A stretch of DNA of 62,977 bases, the filler included, from Aduncisulcus paluster (lineage: Eukaryota), in the NCBI GenBank assembly GCA_024181965.1. It is 18 parts of 18 records of this genome, joined end to end, with 100 filler letters (N's around TTAATTAATTAA, not from the genome) between each part and the next. Parts side by side here need not be neighbours in the genome. Positions count along the whole stretch, not along the records: positions 19,852 to 31,043 come from BQXS01011913.1; positions 31,144 to 33,577 come from BQXS01011914.1; positions 33,678 to 35,349 come from BQXS01011915.1; 15 more parts are not named here. The stretch is one strand, 5' to 3'. Both the position numbers and the translations under genes were made by a program. The notes beneath the pieces are model-generated. The model did not search any database and was not told the DNA's origin. It saw nothing but the letters and a program-made list of their open reading frames with translations. The number at the start of each line of letters is the position of its first letter. The stretch's first letter is position 1. Below are positions 22,550 to 35,449 of the stretch, one piece after another.

Positions 22550-24109
22550 TTACGGCATTTCAAAGCAAGAAACAAATGCTTCGATGCTTGAAAACCTAGG
22601 TAAGCCCAAAGTAGCAAGAGTTTCGGCAGCATCTCTATTCCGATCAGCTGCTCGTTGCCAGAACTCCCTTGCATCATCTCCAGGGAATAAAGCATGATCT
22701 TTCTGAGATTCATGTCTAAAAATAGCCTCCTTCTTCTGTTCAATGTCAGTTGGACTCATGACAACGAACATATCAGCCTCATGCATATCCCACTCGCTCC
22801 AAGCACCTCTGTAAAGCCACATACAAGGTCTATTCCCAACAGCTTCAGTCTTTGCCATGGAAACACGCATTGGAGGTATCTCTGTATATTTCTCACAAAC
22901 ATTGGCATGAAGGAAATGGTATCGTTTCTTTTCGTCATCAGTTCCATCAATATCGCCCAAATCGGACAAGGGAAACATTTTTTGAATCGCCATATTTACG
23001 CAATCATAAACCTTTTTGTGAGTACCATGAGGATCTGAAAGATCTCCAGCGACAAAAATGTGATCGGGATTAATATATTTGAGTAATAAAAGAACTTGGC
23101 TCACATCTCTATCGCTCAATTCTTTTCTTGAAGACAAAGAAGCTGAATAGAAAGGAAGGTCGAGAAAATGAGTATTACGTTTGGGAACTCCACATACGTG
23201 GGCTCCATACATGGCTTCAACGCGACGAATAATCCCTTTAACGGAACTTCTAATTGAAGGACATTCTGTTGTTCTCCATTTTTGACATAATTTTGACACA
23301 ACTCGAATTGCATCCGATTCTTCGGATGATAAGCAATTTCCAGTTTCTGAAGGTTTACATATTTTAAGCACACTTGAAAGTGCTGGCAATAGTTCAACAA
23401 AATGGAGATGCATATCAGTGTCAATCTCTGAAACAGCAACATGGCCAGAAACTCCATATGCGACATGCACANNNNNNNNNNNNNNNNNNNNGGCTTCAAC
23501 GCGACGAATAATCCCTTTAACGGAACTTCTAATTGAAGGACATTCTGTTGTTCTCCATTTTTGACATAATTTTGACACAACTCGAATTGCATCCGATTCT
23601 TCGGATGATAAGCAATTTCCAGTTTCTGAAGGTTTACATATTTTAAGCACACTTGAAAGTGCTGGCAATAGTTCAACAAAATGGAGATGCATATCAGTGT
23701 CAATCTCTGAAACAGCAACATGGCCAGAAACTCCATATGCGACATGCACATCATTATTTTGAGCTAATAGGGCTAATGTTCCACCCATTGAAATCACATC
23801 ATCATCGGGATGTGGAGAAATTACCAATATTCGCTTCCCAGTAATGGGAAAAGATGATTGGAGTACAACTCTGGAAGATAAATCACATTGAACCCATTGA
23901 AGAATCCTATCGAGAATCATACTTTCTAGTTTTATGAAAGGAGAAATAATTTTTGGAGTTTTTATGGATAAAAGAGTTTGAGCAGCTGGGATAATACCAG
24001 TACAATCGTTAGCCTCCAAATCAGAATATACTAAGGATAATATTGGTTTTTTTAGTTTTAGACTTAATTCGATTATGCATTTTTTTATGTTATACAGTGA
24101 GTAACTCAT
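22550..24109 (-). CDS. PIG-L family deacetylase matching the C-terminal part of long (NagB-II type) glucosamine-6-phosphate deaminases
   Basis: SPHPDDDVISMGGT, FLDLPFY, AGDLSDPHGTH, WLYRGAW and FPGDDAREFWQRA motifs. Internal block duplicated across the 20-N gap. Confidence 0.85.
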   Translation of the reverse strand: MSYSLYNIKKCIIELSLKLKKPILSLVYSDLEANDCTGIIPAAQTLLSIKTPKIISPFIKLESMILDRILQWVQCDLSSRVVLQSSFPITGKRILVISPHPDDDVISMGGTLALLAQNNDVHVAYGVSGHVAVSEIDTDMHLHFVELLPALSSVLKICKPSETGNCLSSEESDAIRVVSKLCQKWRTTECPSIRSSVKGIIRRVEAXXXXXXXVHVAYGVSGHVAVSEIDTDMHLHFVELLPALSSVLKICKPSETGNCLSSEESDAIRVVSKLCQKWRTTECPSIRSSVKGIIRRVEAMYGAHVCGVPKRNTHFLDLPFYSASLSSRKELSDRDVSQVLLLLKYINPDHIFVAGDLSDPHGTHKKVYDCVNMAIQKMFPLSDLGDIDGTDDEKKRYHFLHANVCEKYTEIPPMRVSMAKTEAVGNRPCMWLYRGAWSEWDMHEADMFVVMSPTDIEQKKEAIFRHESQKDHALFPGDDAREFWQRAADRNRDAAETLATLGLPRFSSIEAFVSCFEMP

Positions 24110-24435
24110 TACAAAGGGAGGAAAAGCATGTGTTCAGAACACAAAAGAAAACTCAAGTCATGAACCTTCAAGATGAAAAGATAATAATTCTCGAAACGGG
24201 TTTTCTTTGAATAAATCTCACAGCCAAAAACAAAATACTATGATATATGTAATTTTATCTTGGTTATAACGAGACTGAGATTAGTTTTTAGGTTTTCCCT
24301 TTGATAATCAAATCACAATTATTTCAAAGGAATTATTTGATTTTCTTTTTTGAATAATTAGTTTTTCTTTGCCTTTTCTTTATATTTTTTTGCGTTTCAT
24401 TATATAATAACCGAGATATTACAACAATTCTTGAA

Positions 24436-26105
24436 ATGGTTGATACTGCTATTGATTCAGATTTATATGATCATCAACTAAAGGAAATATCCACAAAAAT
24501 TGATTATTCGCCTTATTATGTTGTGGATGAGCATTGGAGCTACCTTTCAACAATTCAACCTTTATTTACTAAAATGATATCTAACATTGCCAAAAATCAT
24601 AAATATTTGATTGACTTGCATAAAAAGTATGTTTTTTCGATTAATTGTTTTTAGAACCTCTTTCAAACGATTTTTTTTATTTACTTTTATATAATGTTAG
24701 AAAAGATCAATTTTCTTCATATCTCTCTTTTTTATTGCATGAAATTGATAATATTCTCACTGATTTTGATTGTTCTAAGCTTTTTGATGGAGGATTGTTC
24801 AGAAATGACTTTATGCATTCGGGTTCGAAACCTTTCTGGAAACAAGTTGAATTCAATACCATTGCTGTTGCATTTGCTGGAATTTCTCATTTTCTTTCCC
24901 GTTCAGCAACATCCGGCTCCTCTGCTGTTATTCCTTCTTCTGCTGCCCTTCTTTCAGCGGATTATCTTCTTTCCACGGCAAAGTCAGTAAGTGAATTGAA
25001 TAGTTTCTCAAAGAGTTGTATTTTGTTTGTATTTCCCGATGGGGAAACGAATACAAAAGACCAAGATTTTCTTGTATCCATCTTGCACAAACTCAAAGAG
25101 GAGAAATATCGCGATGCTGAGTCATCAATCTCGATTGAATATGGACCAGTGAGTTCAATTGTGCCTAAACTCTCCTTTACTAAACCCTCAATTGTTAACC
25201 CAGACCAAGACACTCTCCCTCTTCCTTCTCTTGTGTATGATGGAATTCCAGTGAGTGTTGTGTATCTCCGTGGTGGATACTCTCCCGATCATTATACTGA
25301 TCTCTCCTCGGACATGGCTCATCGGGTTGCTTCCTACACAATGGATTGTCTGGACAAAATGTATTTCGAAAAGAAACATCTTATTACTGAGACAAAATTC
25401 CCTGATGTGTCAATGTTATGTAACATGAGTATCTTACGTGTCTTTTCAGACATTTCTTCGTGTGTATCTGTTCCTTCTGTGTCTGTTCAACTTGCTGGAA
25501 CTAAACTTGTTCAGCACGAATTCACTTCAGTTGCTTCCGAAAGTTACAAGACTGAACCTGAATCATTTTCCTCAATATTAATGCCCAAGTATTTTGACTC
25601 TGAATTCTGTCTTTCATTGTCTCCAATCGCTCCTTTCACGCCCAAATCGTATACACTCTCAAAGGAATCTTTGCCCATTCTTCGAGAAATTTGCAAGCAC
25701 CCGGAGTGTTATGTTCTTAAACCGCAAATGGAAGGAGGTGGAAATAACATATTTGGGGTTGAATTGCGTGAAGAGTTAGAATCTGTGATTTCAAAACTTG
25801 AGAAAGAAGAGTTTGTTGAAGATCCTCGATGTTTGATTGTACAACGACTGATTGATGCGTCTGTTCAGGTGATATCTCCTTACAAGCGAAGGATTGTTGA
25901 GGTTGGGTTGTTTTCTTCGACTTTGTTCCAGCCTTTCCCTTCAAAACCCCACTCTCACTCTTTGATCGAAGAAGAAGAAGAGAAGATCACAACTGACAAA
26001 CATGCGTATCTGTGTAGAGCAAAGGAAGAGGGAACCACTGAAGGCGGAGTCTGTTCAGGATATGCCAAGGTTGTGTGCCTTAAAATGGGGGGGAAAGGGA
26101 AATGA
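24436..26105 (+). CDS. GSS: Eukaryotic-type glutathione synthetase, join(24436..24626,24701..26105)
   Basis: RNDFM, KQVEFNTIA, YLRGGY.P, QLAGTK.VQ, VLKPQMEGGGNN and EGGV motifs. A 74-nt GTATGT...TAG intron restores the frame. Confidence 0.9.
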
Positions 26106-26497
26106 ATCCTTGTCCATGAAATCCAACTTGAGTAATTATGGTGATTCCGTGCTTATCAATTGGTAATGAATAATAAAATGACGATATAGTTGGTCTTTGA
26201 TCATTTTTTTCTACTTTTCTTTCAATACTTGAAATTTGCTTTGTCGAAGAAGTTCACCTCCCTGAATTCTGGTCAATTCGAAAAAATATCAAAAAATCCA
26301 GAAATTTGAAATTTCGGAGTTTAGATCGACAGATTGACTTTTTATTTGCACGTGACAGTGTTGCACACTACCATAAATAATTATCAACGATAATTACCTC
26401 GTCATGTTGAAATTTATTGACTGATTTAAGAGAGAGGGAGCGATCAACCAATAAACAGAAAAAGTGTAAGATTTAAATGACAATTTGTATATATTGA

Positions 26498-29400
26498 TCA
26501 TTCAAATAAGTGGGGAGTAAGATTTGGATTAGCAATATAAGACACGGAAGGATCTTTTTCTTCCCACTTGCTTACGACTTGAGCCATCTTCTCAACACCG
26601 AGGAAAGACCGAGCACACAAACTGGCATCTGAATATGATCCACTCTTCATGAGAATCTTTGTGGTGAGCTCAGCATCACCAATGGCTGCAGCAGCAACGA
26701 AAGCAATATCGGCTGGAACCGTAATAGGTTTTAGCTCGGCATCAGGAGTGGCGATGGAAACCGGAACTTTACCGTGACAAATACCGGATAACAATTCTTG
26801 ATCATTCAAAATAGAGCAGACCATCAACAGAGAACTCACATCATCAGCAGCAACGTATGACTCATAAGCATCATCAATTTGACCCATTTTGAGGCAAAGA
26901 TCACCAAATTCTTTCCATCTTCCAAACCTTGCCGTGGATATGAGTCCGTTCTTCTCGATTCCTTCCTCTTCTTCCAACTTTTCCATACGCTTGAGAACGA
27001 GTTTAGCTTCATCCATCATGGAAAGGTGAACACAGCACCTAAAACGGTCACCGAGAGAAGGAGCAAAGAACCGTGCCAAACCCCATCTGTTATCACGTGA
27101 AAGCATTCCAAACAACTCTCTTTGTGTCTCTTGCTGAGATTGACTGAGTTCCACCGACTCAGTGACACCTTCTCCTTCTCTGAGCGGTGAAGGAACAAAG
27201 AACTTGAGGAGAGAAGAGGGAACACCACTTCCAAGAGCACAAAACACATTGATAAGGCCCTGTGGTAACGATGAGACGTGGATTTTGCTGTATTCATATG
27301 CTTTGGTGGGTTTGCTTGAGGTAATAAGCTTTGATAAGGTTGGGACATGGGAGACAAGGTTTGAACCAAGGGCTGGGATGGAGATATCGAATAGCGAGAT
27401 TTCCATGTCATCACCTTCCTCCTCTTCTTCTTCTTCTTTTTCTTCCTCTTCTTCCTTCTCTTCCTCCTCCTCCTCTTCTTCTTCTTCTTCTTCCTCTTCC
27501 TCTTCCTCTTCGATTGTAGATCCCTCTCTCTTTCTCATCTCAAGCAACAAGGCTTTTTCAGCACTCTTCTCCCATTTGGACCCCCCAACAACACATTTAC
27601 ATCCTCCTTCACCTCCTAAAATGCAACAGAATCCATTAATGCCTTGTTTACGGGCAGTGCTATCAAATGGAGCGAAGAAACATCCACTGATGGAGCTTGT
27701 GATACTAGATATTGTTGTAATCACCTCAAAACTGGTCTCGACACCATCCTTTCCAATAGCTTCTGCAGCTAATTCAATGAGGGATTTCTCCTTAATTTCC
27801 TCCTGGGAATGTTCCTTTGAGAACTCGTCAATGTAGTCATTCACAGTCCTTTCCACCTCTTTGGCGTCATACCTAAGGATATACGTATCACCTGCTTCCC
27901 CACTTTCTTCAGTGACAATGCTGAGATACTCCCCAATGTCATCCCAAACACAATGCTGCGGCAACACATCGATCACACGGACACAACTCATGAAATTCCA
28001 GTTGATGAAGGCTACCTGACGTGAATGGGTGGAAGCAACGGCAACCAAGGGGCCTGAGAAGACTCTATCAACAGAGAATGGCAGTTTAAGAGTGGCGACA
28101 GGCTTCTTGGAATCGATATCACGGTAAACCTCGACTATCTTATCCGTAATACACATATGGGCAGAAGAAGAAAGAGAAGAGTGGGGACACCAGACAAAAT
28201 GGCAGCACGGGTATGATTTCTTCTGTTTAAAACTCAACAAGGATAAGATGGAACACTCTTGAGCACCTTGGATGGCAACGAGGGAAGAAAGAGGAGAAAT
28301 GTGCACGGACGAGACAGTAAATTCGGCTTTCCCAACGCATTTAAGTTGCAAAACATTGGTAGCTCCAGAAGCAGAAGCATCTCCCTCAGCCAATTTCTTG
28401 CCTTGTTTCTTAACCCTTCCATTATAGATAAATCTCCCATGGATCTTCACACCCTCACACACGGTCCCTTCTTCAGTGATTCCATCTTCAGATTCACCCG
28501 CAACGAGAACAACTCTTCCTTTGGCATCAACGTCTCCTTTAACAGTACACTCCTCGAGACGAACCACAACGACTCCTCTATCACAGCCAACACACATGTA
28601 ATCTCTGTTTGGAAACGTTTCGGCACACCAACATGATCCCATGTGGAAATTTTGCATGGATTCGAAGGAGTTAGTATCGATATTGTGGGCAACACAAAGG
28701 CCATCCCTATCAAAACTGTACACAAGGGGGAGATGAGGATGCATGCAGAGATCCATCACCGGATTATGGTGATATTTGGTCCCTAGAGAGTCGAGAATCG
28801 TACGACGTTGATAGTCAAATATTTTAACACATTGATCGCTACCAACGGAGATAAGATGAGGAGTGGTGGGGTCTTTAACGAATTTACAGTTATTAACTGT
28901 GTCTGTGTGACCGCTAAGAGTGTATGAAGAAGGAAAGATCCCTTCAAAACTGTCAGAAAGATGAGGAAGGGCTTGTTTAAGATCCTTTCCTGCTTGTTTT
29001 GGGGCATTGAGGTCCCACACCTTGATTGTCTTGTCATCAGAGCAAGAAGCAAGAGTATACGGAGATTTGGGAGATATATGAAGACGTTTGACATAGTTTG
29101 TATGACCAACAAAAATACGCTTCAAACACTTTTCCCAACCGTTCGAATAGTCAAGCAAACATATTTTTTGATCATCTGAACACGATATCACCCAATTTTC
29201 AGTCGGATGAACAACAATATCACGGACATAGTCATCATGAACAGAGAGTTCGGCAACCAAAGAAACTGTTGACAAATCAAATACACGAATCNNNNNNNNN
29301 NNNNNNNNNNNTTTGTATGACCAACAAAAATACGCTTCAAACACTTTTCCCAACCGTTCGAATAGTCAAGCAAACATATTTTTTGATCATCTGAACACGA

Positions 29401-29827
29401 TATCACCCAATTTTCAGTCGGATGAACAACAATATCACGGACATAGTCATCATGAACAGAGAGTTCGGCAACCAAAGAAACTGTTGACAAATCAAATACA
29501 CGAATCATGTTATCATCGGATCCGCAAATTAATTGGTTATTATTATTGAGAAATCTTGCACAGCGAACTGGGGAAATAAAGAGCGAAATAAGTCATGTAA
29601 GTATGAATCAATAATATGAATGAAAATGGAGAAAAAAGATATAATATTCTCAAAACTAATATAAACATACCAGGTTTTGTGGAAACATCAATTGTAAGCT
29701 TTTTCAAACCTGTTTCGATATTCAATATCACCACATTACCATCATATAAACCGATGGCCACCCAAGGCTTACTCGGATGGCAATCAATACTTTTCGCCTT
29801 CGTAAAAATATGATTTGTGAAATGCAT
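26498..29827 (-). CDS. COPB2: Coatomer subunit beta' (Sec27); intron 29568-29670; gap duplication near 29292
   Basis: KSIDCHPSKPW...LYDG, spliced PVRCARF...GSDD.MIRVF, HDDYVR, WD40 repeats, C-terminal alpha-solenoid (WKEFGDL), poly-Glu insert. Confidence 0.92.
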
Positions 29828-30022
29828 TTGTGATCAAAAGGGGAAATATAAGATCACTCACGAGATGACATCAGATCAGTGGTCATAACATCAAAACTAT
29901 TAAAATAAACATTCAATTCCATTTAAAAAAACCCTTTTTTAAATTCTGAGCTTATCAATGATATTATTCTTTGGATTAAACTCGTCCAGATAGTAATTCA
30001 TCATTCTTGTCCAACATACAAC

Positions 30023-31043
30023 ATGCCATGTGCAATCTCCATTGAAATTGGAGAAATTAGAGGATTACCTGTTACAAATAGGTATAATTCTGCAGATGCA
30101 TACGTTGTTTGTGATCTTGGTCCCGATCTCCCTCAAAGAAGGTCAAAGATTGTCTATGATAGTCTGAATCCTGTATATAATGAAATTTTACAGCCTATAA
30201 TATGTAAAGAAGAATATATTTTGTCGAATCCCTTAGTAATTACCGTGATGGATAAAGATTTTGTTAGTAGTGACGATCCAGTTGGAACTGCTGTAGTAGA
30301 CCTTTCAATTTTATTACGAAGTGATATATGGCGAACAAAACAAAAGATAGAACTTGTGAAACATAAAAAAGTGAAAAAATCGAAAGTAGCCACAAAACGT
30401 GTAAAATTTGCTGCCAAAATTGATTCATCAGATGTTTTCAAACCCAAAGAATATCAACCCGAGAAATATGATCGTTCTAGTCCCGACGAATATCCCGATT
30501 CTTCTGTTGCCGAGGATATTAAATCAACTCAATTAATTGATGAGGTAGCGATTGATATCCTCTCAGAGGATTTGGATCAATCCAACCCAGAATCAGAAAG
30601 TACCTCTGAATATGTTATTGTTCCCCTTAAACCCAAAATATCAGGCTGGCTCCCTCTCCATGCTTCTCTACAAGGTATTGTTGGATTCATAAATTTGACG
30701 ATAACCCTTGAAGATCGGGCAGAAGAGGATGTATTATCCAGTCTCAGGTACTTTCCTTCCTCTTCGTTACCCTCCACTTCCACAGGGCGTGTTCCTTCTT
30801 CCACCATTCTTAGTATGCCTCTTCTTCCACCAATCTCCCCCAATAATGTCCTTGTGATCTCATCCCCATATCCTCCTCTTCACACACATATCCATTCCCT
30901 CTTGGACTTTGTTGAAGAGCTGGTAGTTGTCGAAGATCCTGAGTTTTTGTGGGGAGACACGTTTAGAGCAGCTACTAACACAAATGCCAAGCGTGAGCAT
31001 GTGTTGACACAAGCTATTATCGAACTTCGGCGACAAGTGTGTT
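30023..31043 (+). CDS. C2CD5: C2 domain-containing protein 5-like (3'-partial)
   Basis: N-terminal C2 domain (DAYV, LNPVYNE, MDKD..SSDD.VG) and FVEELVVVEDPEFLWGDTFR...N..R motif. Confidence 0.8.
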
Positions 31044-31653
31044 NNNNNNNNNNNNNNNNNNNNNNNNNNNNNNNNNNNNNNNNNNNNTTAATTAATTAAN
31101 NNNNNNNNNNNNNNNNNNNNNNNNNNNNNNNNNNNNNNNNNNNTATATGGTCATTTTTCTTTCTATCATATATTGCATGCCATCCTTGTGAGTCCACTCC
31201 TGACACGAAATCGTTTCATAAGTTCGACATTTGTTTACATAGTGGATTATAAGGTGACAAAATATGCTGATAAGTTGCAGTTGAAATCCATGAATATTGT
31301 GAATATATCATCGACTTCTTGGCAGAGAAGCTATTCTTCTGGTTTTCTTTGCTTCTCGAATCGTTCTCACTCTTCTCTGCTCTCTTCTCGATTGATAAAA
31401 AGTTTTTATTAAAAACTAATTCAGTTTATTATTTGTTTATTTTTTGTTTTCTTTCGCTTTTAATTCCTTACCAAGATGTCTTCGAAAGGAATTAACAACA
31501 CAACTTCTTGCGCTCTGTGATGTTTCTCTAACTCAAAAAATATGCTGAACGACTACATGGAGTCCATGGCAATTTCCCATATCAACGACGTCATTTAAAT
31601 CCTGAGCTTCAAGATATTTATTTCAGAAAATATTAAAGGTTATTAAATAAGCT

Positions 31654-32520
31654 TCATAATATTGAATACGAAGGATTTAGCTCTTCAGAGATTTCATATT
31701 GTACCCGTGGCTCACTAATACTTGATCTTATCTTATGTGAATGCAATTTCTTATCCCAACCTTCCGTGAAAATATAGAGAACTGAAAATAAAATCACAAC
31801 TATGACGAGTGGTGCCATAATCATTAATATACAAGCAATAATAAGACCCAAACTTGATATAATAGATAATATCACGACACCTAATATAAAATTCATATCA
31901 GAATAATATTTAAATGGATCGTTTGTCTCCAAAGAATTGGTAGGCCCATACAAAACATGATATATTTTCCCTACATGTTCGTTCCAAATCAACTGAATTA
32001 ATCGAACCATTCCATGAGGATGATTCCAAATATAATCATGCATCTTGACAGTGGGGCGAGCAAGATATGCTACTTTATCATAAGAAAATGTAATTGAAAT
32101 CATGAGACAAACATAATATTCGACTCCAGCAACAAGAGAGGAGAATAACCATCCAAAAAACTTATTTCCGAATGTGAAATTGTTGGTTATGCTGATACTA
32201 TTTGAATACAACCTCAATAAATTGGATCCATTTCTCACTTCTTCAACTGAATGATACTGACCAAATGCTTCGATCCAATGTAAATAATACAAATCATTAG
32301 AATTATCTTGGCTTTTGTGACAAGGATTTGTATTATTATTATTGTCAAAACCATAAATCCAACATAAATCGAATTTCTCAAAACTATTATTATTTATATC
32401 ATTAAATAATGAGAATGATGAAGTGATATCATCAGCTAAGTCAGTATTTGAGGCAGTATTTGAGGCAAATGGCACAGATAAGCTTGATAGAATGGAACAT
32501 TTTGAAACCGGTGTGAACAA
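31654..32520 (-). CDS. Hypothetical membrane protein
   Basis: 288-aa ORF with several hydrophobic segments; no family recognised. Confidence 0.5.
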   Translation of the reverse strand: MFTPVSKCSILSSLSVPFASNTASNTDLADDITSSFSLFNDINNNSFEKFDLCWIYGFDNNNNTNPCHKSQDNSNDLYYLHWIEAFGQYHSVEEVRNGSNLLRLYSNSISITNNFTFGNKFFGWLFSSLVAGVEYYVCLMISITFSYDKVAYLARPTVKMHDYIWNHPHGMVRLIQLIWNEHVGKIYHVLYGPTNSLETNDPFKYYSDMNFILGVVILSIISSLGLIIACILMIMAPLVIVVILFSVLYIFTEGWDKKLHSHKIRSSISEPRVQYEISEELNPSYSIL

Positions 32521-32638
32521 TGGTGCAGTTATTAAGGCACTTCCTTCCTATTGAGTTAGATAATGTTGTGTTGTGTGAGATTGAAGGGAAAGGGCAGTGG
32601 TGTGATAAGAAATGTCGAAGTTTCATTATTAATATGGT

Positions 32639-33577
32639 TGTTCTCGACTTCCATTAAATAAAAACAACGTTTATATACTATGGGCAATTCCAACGGTAAC
32701 ACAATTTATTATATTCTTTGATTTCCGGATCATCACCGGTCCGGCCGTGCCCTGCCGCCGCCAACACCCTCCTCAACTCTCTTCTGGAGCACTTGAGCTC
32801 CACCTGAGGGTGTGCGGGGCACTCCTGCACCTCCTTACTCTTGTACTCTGCAGCCTCTAGCTGATCTCCATCCTGTACTCCTTTACTATCTCAACACAAC
32901 TTGGTCTGTGTTACTATCCATCACTTGTCTGAGTGTGAGCATTGAAAAAACACTGTTGTGGGAAAAACTCTCTTTGGCTTCACACACAGAAGGATACTGC
33001 ACCTTCTACTCCTGCGACCTCCGTGTGCGCATCACATCAGTCACTCCGTATCTGTTGCAACAGAATAAAACTCCGCCACCTCTGGGAAATCTTGTATGTA
33101 CAGTTTAAAGGTCTCATTGTGTACCAAACCCAGTCCTGGCTCTATGGACGGTGCCGTCCATGTCAACCATTTTACCTCAAAGAAGTACTCCTCATCCCCG
33201 AGCTCAGTCACTCCTTTGTAATGGCTCATTATCTTTTCGATAATATAGTCGTTCTTGCCGACTGAACATAGCTTCTTGAGCTGATCTATATCATACAGCG
33301 TGTCATCGAATGGTACCACTGAGTCATCCGACCACGTCTTGACTTCTCCATTTAGGATGTCTTTTAATTTTACTCTTTTGAATACTTGGTCATGAGTAAT
33401 CACCTGATATGGTCCCAGCATCTCTGGTGTCAAGGATCCTTTGGTGGGGGCTGTCTTTGGGATTATCACCACGAATGTGTGGGGCTGTAGCTTGAATCCC
33501 ATGGGAATCTTCTCGCGTCCATTGGCGTCTGAGTCGAATGTCTCTGGTAACATTCTTCGTTCCCACCCTTCCAGTGG
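32639..33577 (-). mobile_element. 3' end of chromovirus pol (GPY + chromodomain, stop 33041), 3' UTR, PPT (32767-32785) and LTR start (32766)
   Basis: MLGPY and IEKIMSH...YFFEVKW motifs. AGAAGAGAGTTGAGGAGGG then TGTTGG, with AATAAATTG downstream. LTR end uncertain. Confidence 0.75.
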
Positions 33578-33677
33578 NNNNNNNNNNNNNNNNNNNNNNN
33601 NNNNNNNNNNNNNNNNNNNNNTTAATTAATTAANNNNNNNNNNNNNNNNNNNNNNNNNNNNNNNNNNNNNNNNNNNN

Positions 33678-33949
33678 CCAAAGTACTCGATAACCTTGTT
33701 CAGGAACGTTTCTTCATTCTCCCTAACCTCGTCGGGAGATGAGAGCAAGTCTGGGTGTTTAAGGACGGTTCCGACAACGTCGGCATAGATCGGCAAGATA
33801 TCCATGTCAATAAGAGAGAACAATGAGCTTTTCCCGCCTCGGGCGCGATACTGGTCGAAGTCTTTATAAAACTTCCCAAACTCTTTAGAGCCATAAAGAA
33901 ATAAAAACGGAGACTTATTTTCAATCATACGGTTGATTTTGATCAAAAT
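33678..33949 (-). mobile_element. Ty3/gypsy gag N-terminus (ATG 33928) with LTR end GACACA and palindromic leader
   Basis: PF...F..F...Y...GG motif shared with the other gag ORFs here. Palindrome at 33936-33949. Confidence 0.7.
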
Positions 33950-34093
33950 GTGTCAGTACAACGAAAATGACTGTGCAAAATTTACTAGAACATTTCAAGC
34001 TTGTTCATCTATTTTTAGATGAGAAGAAACAAAGTTAAAAGCAACAAAAATAAAAATAAATAAATAATTGAGAATAAAATAAGTCAATAAATC

Positions 34094-34498
34094 TTAAACA
34101 AAATGTAATTTTATTCTCAACCAATACAGTGTTCCTGATTTCCTTCTTCCAGCAACTTTAATTCTCTGCTGGGGTATTTCCGGTATCTCTGATCCGACCG
34201 TTTTTTCTTGAATGCAGCTGCTTAATAACGATCTCCCTAAGTTCAGATTTTCGGCTTCCCTCGCCTTTTCGGGGTAAGGGGATAATATAGTCTCAACGCT
34301 TGAAGAGTCTTCTTCTTCAATTTCAACATCTTTGATCCGACGGTTCTTGCTTTTTACCTGTTTTCCAGCTTCAATTATTATCTGGTCACAAGAATCTATA
34401 ATCGATAATAATTCTTTTTGGGAATAAAAATAATTGCAGGTATTAGCAAGAATCTCGTCCAGTGCAGTTTTTACGCTTGCAAAAGAGCGAATATCCAT
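34094..34498 (-). CDS. Hypothetical ORF between retroelement fragments
   Basis: 134-aa ATG-initiated ORF; no motif recognised. Confidence 0.25.
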   Translation of the reverse strand: MDIRSFASVKTALDEILANTCNYFYSQKELLSIIDSCDQIIIEAGKQVKSKNRRIKDVEIEEEDSSSVETILSPYPEKAREAENLNLGRSLLSSCIQEKTVGSEIPEIPQQRIKVAGRRKSGTLYWLRIKLHFV

Positions 34499-34504
34499 TC
34501 TGAC

Positions 34505-35349
34505 TGTTATAAATTAATAAAAAGTAGATAAATTTATCTAAAATGACTGTACAGGGGCAGAAATAAAATCCTAAAACTTTAATGCGGCCAAATTTATTTG
34601 TTTGAGTTGTTCTTTCGGGAGTTTAAACAATAAACTCCCTGCAGCCTATATTCCCTTGTATTTGATAAACTAAAAGATAAACTGTGATAAAATGAAAATA
34701 AAAATGATAAACTCAATTCTGAATCCTGGAATTATTGTTCATTACACTGCCTTCCCTCCATAGGGTCTTTTCCGTCTTCACATTCCCTGGTTCTTCATAT
34801 AGTTTTTGTATATGATGCTTTCGCGGATGTCCGCTTCCTTTTCCCATGATCTTTTTGATTCTGGGAGTCCTATCCATGCTACGAGGAATTGTCTTGCTCC
34901 TCGTCTTCCTTTGTGTGCCTCGATGGCCTTGATGACACGTTTTCCCTTATCAGATGCTCTCAGAGCCTTAATCATTTCTGGTTGCGTGGCACTTGTTTGT
35001 TTGACTGATTGTATGTCATCGATATGAACTATCTCCCTGCCATCTGGTTCTAGCTCATTCCTGATTGTGTAGGTTTTGCTTCCCGTTCTCTCGATTATCT
35101 CGTATGGACCGAAAAGGCTTGATTTGAGCTTGGATTTGTGGTTGTGATTGTGCACAAATACTTTTTCGCCTGGCTGGAATGTCCGGAGTTTTTCTTCTTC
35201 GTCGATTGCTATATCTTTTGTTTCCTTCTTCCTTTGTCTTTCCTTAGCCCTTTCTCTGAGTGTTTGAATGTTGTCCGTTAGCTTCTTAACGTATTCAATT
35301 TCTGCCTTCCTTTCCCCGGGCATTTCGCTTTCTGAGATGGCTCTGCTGG
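34505..35349 (-). mobile_element. 3' end of chromovirus pol (34778-35349), PPT and 3' LTR (~34505-34746) (element D, relative of B)
   Basis: Protein clearly homologous to the C-terminus of 485-2712 (LFGPYE, NELEPDG, IKALRASDKG, HKGR.G.RQF). GGAGGGAAGGCAG then TGTAAT...ATAACA. Confidence 0.9.
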
Positions 35350-35449
35350 NNNNNNNNNNNNNNNNNNNNNNNNNNNNNNNNNNNNNNNNNNNNTTAATTA
35401 ATTAANNNNNNNNNNNNNNNNNNNNNNNNNNNNNNNNNNNNNNNNNNNN

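Noticed and set aside
24627..24654. 28-nt mini-intron in GSS
   Set aside because: Does not restore the reading frame; the AG at 24699-24700 does.
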